From: Clostridia bacterium
GTDB lineage: Bacteria > Bacillota > Clostridia > TANB77 > CAG-508
Direction of reading: 5' to 3'
DNA: 64,000 nucleotides
Assembly: GCA_022797215.1 (NCBI GenBank)
Contig: JAAWKD010000001.1
Coordinates: 15,362 to 79,361 of the forward strand
The stretch's first letter is position 1. Each line of letters starts with the position of its first letter. A model generated the notes under the pieces. It searched no databases, had not been told where the DNA came from, and was given only the letters and a program-made list of their open reading frames with translations. Shown piece by piece: positions 57,044-64,000 of this stretch. A program made the translations under genes and the position numbers.

Positions 57044-57210
57044 GGGGACAGAGTTTTCCCCTTAGTCTTTCCGCTAGGGATAAGCTCTGTCCCCGCTGGT
57101 TTTTCTTTGCTTTAGAGCTAAAGATATGTCCCCACTGTTTTTTTCTTTACTTTAAGGACAAGCTCTGTCTCCGCCAGGTGTTTATTTTCCTTCAGACTAA
57201 TGTGCCCATG
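57044..57210. repeat. Tandem array (~4 units of 30-50 nt) of the GGGGACA repeat family
   Basis: GGGGACAGAG...CTCTGTCCCCGCTGG-T-rich-CTTTAG, TGTCCCCACTG-T-rich-CTTTAAGG, CTCTGTCTCCGCCAGG-T-rich-CCTTCAG, TGTGCCCATG. Confidence 0.7.
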
Positions 57211-57224
57211 TTGGGTAAGTTGCT

Positions 57225-57770
57225 TTAAACTGTCATTATCTCTTTTTCTTTTGCTACTAAAAGGCTATCTATTTCTTCTATTTTTTTATCTGTTAATTTT
57301 TGAATTTGCTCTTCTTCATTCTTTAAATCATCTTCTGTAATTTCTGATTTTTTCTGCATTTCTTTTGCTTCATCAATTGCATCTCTTCTAATAGAACGAA
57401 TTGCCACTTTTGCTTCTTCTGCTGTTTTTCTAATATCTTTTACTAACTCTTTTCTTCTTTCTTCATTTAATTCTGGAAAATTTAATCTTATGACTTTTCC
57501 ATCATTATTTGGATTAATTCCTATATCTGATTTTAAAATTTCTTTTTCAATTTCCTTTAATAAATTAATATCCCATGGTTGAATTAATATCATCCTAGCC
57601 TCTGGCACAGAAATGCCTGCTACTTGATTAATTGGAGTTGATACTCCATAATAATCTACTGAAATTTTGTTTAAGATTGCTGGATTTGCACGTCCTGCTC
57701 TTACTTCTGCTAAATTTTCTTGAAATACACTAATGGTTTTATTCATTTTTTCTTCAAATATGTTATTCAT
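57225..57770 (-). CDS. frr: Ribosome recycling factor
   Basis: 181 aa. RAGRANPAILNKI and IRSIRRDA motifs. Confidence 0.96.
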   Translation of the reverse strand: MNNIFEEKMNKTISVFQENLAEVRAGRANPAILNKISVDYYGVSTPINQVAGISVPEARMILIQPWDINLLKEIEKEILKSDIGINPNNDGKVIRLNFPELNEERRKELVKDIRKTAEEAKVAIRSIRRDAIDEAKEMQKKSEITEDDLKNEEEQIQKLTDKKIEEIDSLLVAKEKEIMTV

Positions 57771-57851
57771 TTTTTATCTCCTTTATTTTAAATTTGTTGA
57801 CAAGCATCAAACTAATTACTTTAGCCTTTGACTTTGCAAAGTCTAAAATAC

Positions 57852-58571
57852 CTATTCAGTTACTAATGTTCCCACCTTTTCGCCTTTAATTGCTTTAGCC
57901 ATATTTTCAGGGTCTGCAATTCCAAATACAATAAGTGGTATTTTATTATCTCTACATAAAGCAGTTGCTGTAGAGTCCATCACTTTTAAATCTTTTGATA
58001 AAATATCTAAATATGTGATATGGTCATATCTTTGGGCATTTGGATTAATCTTTGGATCATCTGAATAAACTGCATCAATTGTTTTTCCAACCAGTATTGC
58101 CTCTGCTCCAATTTCAACTGCTCTTAATGCTGCTGTTGTATCCGTTGTAAAATATGGATGACCTGTTCCACAAGCAAATATCACAACTCTTCCTTTTTGT
58201 AAATGTTTAATTGCCTTTCTTTGAATAAATGGTTCTGCTATTTCCCTCATTTCTATAGCTGTTTGTAGTCTCGAATAAATCCCTCTTGCTTCTAATGCAT
58301 CTTGCAAAGCTAAGCCATTCATAGAAGTTGCAAGCATTCCCATATAGTCTGATGTTGTTCTTTCCATTTCTTTTCCATTTCTGCCTCTCCAGAAATTTCC
58401 TCCGCCAACTACAATAGCTACTTCTGCTCCCATCTCTATTAGCTTTTTAATTTGATCACAAATTTCACCCATGGTTTTTTCATCAATTCCATGTTTTTTT
58501 TCTCCTGCTAATGCTTCTCCACTTAGCTTTAGTAAAACTCTTTTATACTTTAATTCTGGCAATTCATACAC
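57852..58571 (-). CDS. pyrH: UMP kinase
   Basis: [23 protein letters not shown] and [10 protein letters not shown] motifs. Confidence 0.96.
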   Translation of the reverse strand: MYELPELKYKRVLLKLSGEALAGEKKHGIDEKTMGEICDQIKKLIEMGAEVAIVVGGGNFWRGRNGKEMERTTSDYMGMLATSMNGLALQDALEARGIYSRLQTAIEMREIAEPFIQRKAIKHLQKGRVVIFACGTGHPYFTTDTTAALRAVEIGAEAILVGKTIDAVYSDDPKINPNAQRYDHITYLDILSKDLKVMDSTATALCRDNKIPLIVFGIADPENMAKAIKGEKVGTLVTE

Positions 58572-58737
58572 TCTCCTTTTTAGTTTGTATTTTCCTCTTT
58601 AAAAGTTTGTATTTATTCTATCATACATTATCTGTTTTGACATCTCTTTTTTGAAATTTTTTTACATTTCATATTGTATATTTATATCTTTTTTGCTCAA
58701 ACTATATACAAAAGAAGTTATAAAAGGATGAAAGAAA

Positions 58738-59508
58738 ATGGCTAATCAAATTATTGAAGAAAGCTTAAAGCAAAATCAAATTCATAAATCTAAACATAAG
58801 CTCAAAAAAATTCATATTCAATTTAGCAACGAAATAGCTGAAATCCCTTATGGTGGAAATTTCACTATTACTCATCATTCCCAAATGCAATATCTTAAAA
58901 CCTTTGTAAAAAAGAAAAAATATCAGTTACAGTTTATTTTATCTTCTAGCATTGCTGTTATATTTCTTTTATTTCTTTTAGGAAAAATTTATCAATACCG
59001 TCAAAAAGAAAAAGTTTCGCGAAAACTCTTAGACAACTACCAATTAACTACTCTTTACTCTGATAATTCTCATTATGAAGCTAGTCCTCTAAACTCTGAT
59101 ATTTTAATACGTAATCCTTTTGTAATTGGTATGATTAAAATTGATAAGATTGCATTAAACTATCCTATTCTGTCAGAAAGTAATGATGAACTACTTAGAA
59201 TCTCCCTTTGTCGTTTTAATGGTCCTATGCCAAATGAAGTAGGAAACTTATGCATCGCAGGACATAATTATATTGATAATCGTTTTTTTGGAAGGCTTAA
59301 TGAACTATCTATTGGAGATACTATTGAAATTTATGGTTTGTCTGGTCAAAAAAAAGATTATGAAATTTATAAAAAGTTTGAAGTAGATGCTAATGATTTA
59401 TCTTGTACTAACCAAAACATTGGTAAGCAGAAAATGATTACTTTACTAACTTGTGATAATTCCAACCAAAATAGACGAATTGTCATTCAAGGAAAAGAGC
59501 TAAAATAA
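58738..59508 (+). CDS. Sortase-family transpeptidase with N-terminal cytoplasmic segment and TM anchor
   Basis: Catalytic His context CIAGHNY, TLLTC cysteine motif, C-terminal R (NRRIVIQG). Confidence 0.85.
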   Translation: MANQIIEESLKQNQIHKSKHKLKKIHIQFSNEIAEIPYGGNFTITHHSQMQYLKTFVKKKKYQLQFILSSSIAVIFLLFLLGKIYQYRQKEKVSRKLLDNYQLTTLYSDNSHYEASPLNSDILIRNPFVIGMIKIDKIALNYPILSESNDELLRISLCRFNGPMPNEVGNLCIAGHNYIDNRFFGRLNELSIGDTIEIYGLSGQKKDYEIYKKFEVDANDLSCTNQNIGKQKMITLLTCDNSNQNRRIVIQGKELK

Positions 59509-59525
59509 TTATTTAATCAACTAAA

Positions 59526-59556
59526 AAGAATGTTAACTACCTTTGTTAACATTCTT
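59526..59556. terminator. Bidirectional hairpin between sortase and LPXTG genes
   Basis: AAGAATGTTAAC-tacctt(t)-GTTAACATTCTT, 12-bp perfect stem. Confidence 0.7.
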
Positions 59557-59566
59557 CTATTTTTAA

Positions 59567-59899
59567 TTAATGTAAATTGTTGTATTTTTTTATTCTAAAA
59601 TATGCATATATTGCTGAAACTACACAAACTCCAATAAATACAAATAATGCTGTATCTCCTGCTACACCTGTTTGTGGTAAAGTGTTTCCACTAGTACTAT
59701 TATTGGTTGTATTGTTTCCTGTAATTGGTGCTGGTGTGTTAGTTGGTTCATTAACTTGATTTTGGTTACTTGGATTATTATTTGTTGAAATAGTTGGTAA
59801 TTGTCCTACATCGTCTGTAGCTTTTGTAAAGTTAATCATTACTAATAAAAATGCAATTACTAAAATAAATACAATTATTAATTTCTTATTTTTCATCAT
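59567..59899 (-). CDS. Very small LPXTG cell-wall-anchored protein (110-aa precursor)
   Basis: Signal peptide, N/T/P-rich ~50-aa body, LPQTG, hydrophobic helix, then RIKKYNNLH tail. Confidence 0.8.
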   Translation of the reverse strand: MMKNKKLIIVFILVIAFLLVMINFTKATDDVGQLPTISTNNNPSNQNQVNEPTNTPAPITGNNTTNNSTSGNTLPQTGVAGDTALFVFIGVCVVSAIYAYFRIKKYNNLH

Positions 59900-60109
59900 T
59901 CTCTATTCTCCTTTTTTCTTTCGAAATTTCTATCAGTAGTATTTGTAGTTTTTTTTAAAATATACTGATTTTTAATAGTTTTACAAACTCGCTTTGCTTA
60001 TTTGTTTAAGTAAGTCATAAAGACTTCTTATTCTTTATAACTTATTTAATTTTATACTTACTTTTTTAAATAGTCAAGTATTTTTTATAATTTTTTTCGA
60101 CATTTTTAT

Positions 60110-61201
60110 TTAAACATTAAATCGAAATAGTACAACATCTCCATCTTGCATAATATATTCTTTTCCTTCTGAACGCATTAATCCCTTTTCTTTTACAGCT
60201 ACTGCTGACCCTTCTCTAATTAAATCATCATATGAAATAATTTCTGCTCTAATAAATCCTCTTTCAATATCTGTATGAATCTTTCCTGCTGCTTGTGGTG
60301 CCTTAGTTCCTTTTTTTACTGTCCACGCTCTTACTTCTGGCTCTCCTGCAGTTAAGAAAGACATTAAACCTAATAAATCATAACTTGCTTTGATTACTTT
60401 ATCTAAGCCAGATTCTTGTAAGTCTAGTGCTTCTAGCATTTCCTTTTCTTCTTCTCCCTCTAATGTTGCTAGTTCTTCCTCTATTTTAATACAAAGTGGT
60501 ATTACTTCTGCCTTTTCTTGTTTTGCATATTCTACTACTTTTTTTACCTTCTCATCTTCAAAAGCATTTTCTAATTGTCCTTCTGAAATATTGGCAACAT
60601 ATAAGATTGGTTTCATTGTTAATAAAAAGGCATCTTTGATATATGCTAATTCTTCTTCATTTAATTCTACCGTTCTTGCTGGTTTTCCATTCTCTAACGC
60701 TTGTTTCACTTTTTCAAAGCTATCTACTTCCACTTGTGCCTTTTTATCTGCTTTCAATTTCTTTTTGCTATTTTCTATTCTTTTTTCAACTGTTTCAAGA
60801 TCTGCAAAAACTAATTCTAAATTAATTGTTTCAATATCTCTAATTGGCTCAATGCTTCCATCTACATGAACAATATTGGTATCTTCAAAACATCTAACCA
60901 CTTCTACAATGCTATCGACTTCTCGTATATGAGATAAAAATTTATTGCCTAATCCTTCCCCATGACTTGCGCCTTTTACTAAACCTGCAATATCTACAAA
61001 TTCAATTACTGCTGGTGTAATTTTCTCTGGATGATATATTTCTGCTAATCTTTTTAATCTTTCATCTGGAACTGCTACTACACCTACATTGGGTTCTATT
61101 GTACAAAATGGATAATTTGCACATTCAGCTCCTGCTTTTGTAATTGCATTAAATAACGTACTCTTCCCTACATTTGGAAGTCCTACAATTCCCATTTTCA
61201 T
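60110..61201 (-). CDS. ychF: Ribosome-binding ATPase YchF
   Basis: GIVGLPNVGKSTLFNA and a C-terminal TGS-like MSFLTAGEPEVRAW. Confidence 0.96.
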   Translation of the reverse strand: MKMGIVGLPNVGKSTLFNAITKAGAECANYPFCTIEPNVGVVAVPDERLKRLAEIYHPEKITPAVIEFVDIAGLVKGASHGEGLGNKFLSHIREVDSIVEVVRCFEDTNIVHVDGSIEPIRDIETINLELVFADLETVEKRIENSKKKLKADKKAQVEVDSFEKVKQALENGKPARTVELNEEELAYIKDAFLLTMKPILYVANISEGQLENAFEDEKVKKVVEYAKQEKAEVIPLCIKIEEELATLEGEEEKEMLEALDLQESGLDKVIKASYDLLGLMSFLTAGEPEVRAWTVKKGTKAPQAAGKIHTDIERGFIRAEIISYDDLIREGSAVAVKEKGLMRSEGKEYIMQDGDVVLFRFNV

Positions 61202-61231
61202 AGTTTAACTCTTCTCCTTTTATTTACCAGT

Positions 61232-62332
61232 TTACGTATTAGAAACTTCTGGTTCTTTTGGTATTTCTGGTTTTGTTATTTCTCCATTTGTTTGTGTATT
61301 TGTATTTTCATTATTCTCTGTATTGGTATTATTTTCTATATTGTTACTTTGATTGTTATTACCTTCTGTATTTGTACTTGGAACATTCTCTACATTATTT
61401 ATAATTGTGTTATTTCCACTTGTATTAGTATTAGTATTGGTATTAGTATTGGTATTCGAGTTGGTATTGTTATTTGGCTTTTTGTTATCATCTTGACTTG
61501 GCTTATATGTTCTCCATGGATTTCTTATGTCTGGATCTGTTGGATCCCAGTTTTTTAGCTTTCCTGGTGCACCAGATACTTTTTTAGCAGTAGGTTTTCC
61601 TAAAGGTCCTGGATTAGCACTTGAGTAAAACTCTACTTGCGTTCCGCTTTGGCAATTATTAAAAATCCATAGTGCATCTATAGTAGTTAGACGAATACAC
61701 CCCATAGAATCTTTTGTTCCTAATCTATCATAATAGGCACTTACTAAAGTATCTTTTTTATTTTGCTTATATGGTACAGAATGGAATAAAATGTCTCCCA
61801 CTATTTGAGTACAGTATTGTCCCCAAACGTTACCAAAAAGTTTTCCCCAAGTAGCTTTCCAACTCATTCTATAAACTCCTGAAGTTGGGGTAGCTGTTCC
61901 TGTAGAGCAGACACATGCTTTTACTGGTACTGTATATTTTCCATCTTTATCATAAGTATAAATTGTAACAACTTGTGCACCATAGTTTACCTTAATATAA
62001 TATTTATTTTGTATTGGTTTAGTTGGCTTTTTAGCTGTGTTGTTATTTTGCTCTTCTGCTTTCTTCTTTTCTTCCGCCTTCTTTTGTTCTTCTTCATTTA
62101 GTTTTTTTAATTCTTCTAACGATAGTTTTGAAGTATCCACTAAGTTTTCTTGTTCTATCACTTCTTCTGGTACTTCTTTAGAAGGTATATCTGTTTTTGC
62201 ATTAACAGATACAGCTTTTACATAGTCTATCACTCGTCCAATTGAAAGTATAGCGAAAGTAGCCAATATAACAACTACTAATATTCCCCATTTTATTTGG
62301 TTAGTTAATTTTATCTTCTTTAGTTTTTCCAT
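61232..62332 (-). CDS. L,D-transpeptidase (YkuD domain) with TM anchor and N/T-rich C-terminal tail
   Basis: HSVPY...SMGCIRL catalytic His/Cys motif. Tail NTNSNTNTNTNTNTNT... Confidence 0.85.
   Translation of the reverse strand: MEKLKKIKLTNQIKWGILVVVILATFAILSIGRVIDYVKAVSVNAKTDIPSKEVPEEVIEQENLVDTSKLSLEELKKLNEEEQKKAEEKKKAEEQNNNTAKKPTKPIQNKYYIKVNYGAQVVTIYTYDKDGKYTVPVKACVCSTGTATPTSGVYRMSWKATWGKLFGNVWGQYCTQIVGDILFHSVPYKQNKKDTLVSAYYDRLGTKDSMGCIRLTTIDALWIFNNCQSGTQVEFYSSANPGPLGKPTAKKVSGAPGKLKNWDPTDPDIRNPWRTYKPSQDDNKKPNNNTNSNTNTNTNTNTNTSGNNTIINNVENVPSTNTEGNNNQSNNIENNTNTENNENTNTQTNGEITKPEIPKEPEVSNT
61422..61469. repeat. In-frame hexanucleotide microsatellite (GTATTR)x8
   Basis: gtatta gtatta gtattg gtatta gtattg gtattc gagttg gtattg. 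Encodes the (NT)n run of the L,D-transpeptidase tail. Confidence 0.85.
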
Positions 62333-62462
62333 TGTAGACTAGCTCCTTTGCCTTTTATTGTACTCTTAAAAATCTAATTTGTTTATATTTTTTATCATTC
62401 TTACTTTAACATAGTTTCTAAAGTTTATCAATACCTTTTGATGAAATCATGAAACAAGAAAA

Positions 62463-62494
62463 ATAACTTATGACTTTTATCATTCATAAGTTAT
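62463..62494. terminator. Hairpin terminator downstream of tRNA-Thr
   Basis: ATAACTTATGA-N10-TCATAAGTTAT, 11-bp perfect stem with T-runs on both strands. Confidence 0.75.
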
Positions 62495-62498
62495 TTTT

Positions 62499-62574
62499 TG
62501 GAGCTTCCAGCCGGAATCGAACCGGCGACCTCAGCCTTACCATGGCTGCGCTCTACCTACTGAGCTATAGAAGC
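62499..62574 (-). tRNA. tRNA-Thr (anticodon GGU), CCA encoded
   Basis: The manual cloverleaf folds cleanly: acceptor GCUUCUA/UGGAAGC, D arm GCUC/GAGC, anticodon stem CAGCC/GGCUG with loop AUGGUAA, T arm GCCGG-UUCGAUU-CCGGC. Confidence 0.93.
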
Positions 62575-62605
62575 ATATTTAGTCAAGAAATCTATTCTTG
62601 ACACT

Positions 62606-63259
62606 TTATATTTCATTTGGCATTTCTCTAATTGCTTTCTTTCTAATTCTTTGTATTGCATTATCTATTGACTTTACAGGTGCCTCTAATCTTTGGGCAA
62701 TCTCAATATAACTTTCTCCTTGAATATAGCAATTGAGAACTTTTTTCTCAAAATTACTTAGCGATTTATCAATTGTATTTTCCACTAATTGATAATACTC
62801 TTTTTTGGTAATCATGTCAAGTGGGTCTTCTATAATATTTGCATCTAATACACTCATTAAATCTGTATTATTGCTTTCATCCTCATTTTCATAAGCATCC
62901 TTATTTAAAGATACATAGGAATTAAGAGGCATATGTTTTTGTCTATTAGAAGTTTTGATGGCTGTAATAAGTTGCCTTTCAATACAAATTCCTGCAAAAC
63001 TCTTGAAAGAATTTTGCTTGTCTGGCTGATAAGATTTAATAGCTTTATACAATCCAATTAGCCCTTCTTGTATAATATCTTCTCTTTCTGCTCCGATAAT
63101 ATAGTATTTGCTTACTTTAATATTCACAAGATCTTTATATCGATTTATCAAATGTTCTAGAGCAAGCTTATTATCAGACTTAATCAATTCTATTAAGTCT
63201 TCATCTGTCATTTGAGAAAAATTATAATCAGAAGAATAAAATACATCTGTCATACTCAT
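62606..63259 (-). CDS. sigH: RNA polymerase sigma factor SigH (Spo0H-type)
   Basis: GAEREDIIQEGLIGLYKAIKSY, FAGICIERQLITAIKTSNRQKHMPLNSYVSL and the region 4 HTH match sigma-H family patterns. Confidence 0.88.
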   Translation of the reverse strand: MSMTDVFYSSDYNFSQMTDEDLIELIKSDNKLALEHLINRYKDLVNIKVSKYYIIGAEREDIIQEGLIGLYKAIKSYQPDKQNSFKSFAGICIERQLITAIKTSNRQKHMPLNSYVSLNKDAYENEDESNNTDLMSVLDANIIEDPLDMITKKEYYQLVENTIDKSLSNFEKKVLNCYIQGESYIEIAQRLEAPVKSIDNAIQRIRKKAIREMPNEI

Positions 63260-63408
63260 GAAATCTAGTTACCTCCTATGTTGTATCGCCCTTCTTTTGT
63301 ATTATAATCGAGTAGTTTCTTTTCTGTCAATAGAATTATTCAAAATTTGATAATTTTTGCATAATATGATATGATTTTGCTATTCTATAATAAAAAGGAG
63401 TAGTCAAT

Positions 63409-64000
63409 ATGGCATTTGATGGTTTCACTTTAAAGGCAGTTATTCAAGAATTAAATTCTTGTTTATTAAATGGAAAAATAACTAAAATATATCAACCAAT
63501 TCCCACTGAAGTTACTCTTGGGATTTATTCTGGCGGAACAAATTATGCTTTGAGTTGTAATGTTTCTTCCCTTTATTCCTTGCATTTGACAACTTCTTGC
63601 AAACCAAACCCTCTCTCTGCACCAAGTTTTTGCATGTTGCTTAGAAAGTATTTAATTGGATTTAAAATAAAGAAACTTTCTATGTTAGGATTAGAAAGAG
63701 TTGCCACTCTAGAATTAGAGGGCTATAATGAATTAAATGATTTAGTAACTTATCGATTAATATTTGAATTAATGGGAAAACATAGCAATATTATTTTAGT
63801 AAATGAAAATAATGTTATTATTGATAGTTTGAAACACCTAACAATGTTTTCAGGTTCTCTTCGTAATATTTTTCCTGGCATTATTTATCAGCTTCCTAGC
63901 ATTAGTAAATTTGACATCAATGCTGTTACATCTATTCCAGATGAAATAAGCACTGCTTCTCTTTCTGATTACTTTTTAGAACATTTTTCCGGAACTAGTA
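63409..64000 (+). CDS. rqcH: Ribosome quality-control protein RqcH / fibronectin-binding protein A family (NFACT-N), 3' end cut by window
   Basis: AAGGAG RBS. MAFDGFTLKAVIQELN...GKITKIYQP... The frame is open to the window end and is not in the ORF track because no stop is reached. Confidence 0.85.
   Translation, partial: MAFDGFTLKAVIQELNSCLLNGKITKIYQPIPTEVTLGIYSGGTNYALSCNVSSLYSLHLTTSCKPNPLSAPSFCMLLRKYLIGFKIKKLSMLGLERVATLELEGYNELNDLVTYRLIFELMGKHSNIILVNENNVIIDSLKHLTMFSGSLRNIFPGIIYQLPSISKFDINAVTSIPDEISTASLSDYFLEHFSGTS

Noticed and set aside
57044-57210. Repeated ~45-nt units looked superficially like a small CRISPR array.
   Set aside because: The units are degenerate and one is inverted. There is no regular repeat-spacer periodicity and there are no cas genes. 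They share their core with repeats elsewhere in the window.

Overview
This is an AT-rich (roughly 70% A+T by eye) Firmicutes/Clostridia-type chromosomal segment. PolC, SigH, a T-box leader, LPXTG/sortase and teichoic-acid genes support that placement. About 60 genes are present and all but five lie on the minus strand.

Housekeeping genes: polA, ruvB, queH, rpiA, tyrS, rpmF, ppdK, glyQS with a glycine T-box leader, polC, rseP, cdsA, uppS, frr, pyrH, ychF, tRNA-Thr(GGU), sigH and rqcH.

Cell-envelope block (13.6-27.7 kb): one GT2-TagF fusion, three more TagF-family glycerophosphotransferases, tarJ, tarI and tagGH, followed by a dlt-like set in the order ligase, carrier protein, AlgI-sized MBOAT, SGNH/DltD-like.

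Observations worth a second look:
- Two paralogous 663/750-aa proteins are built from 8-11 tandem helix-turn-helix modules. They flank a DUF1294 gene just downstream of polC.
- A ~200-nt candidate ncRNA has a TTGACA-17-TACAAT promoter and an intrinsic terminator, upstream of ppdK.
- A dispersed family of nested-palindrome intergenic repeats shares a TTTRGGGGACA / TGTCCCCAAA core. It includes a 111-bp MITE-like copy and a tandem array between frr and uppS.
- Three perfect DnaA boxes cluster in a 420-bp non-coding gap.
- A small GC-richer islet carries two orphan small ORFs next to a decayed Fic gene.
- Synteny breaks between rseP and polC, and dxr and proS are absent from their usual positions.
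- Four genes have broken reading frames: APH-like, tagO/wecA-like, Fic and the essential cdsA. At least some of these may be assembly indels.

No CRISPR array, rRNA, intact transposase/integrase or recognisable defence system was seen.
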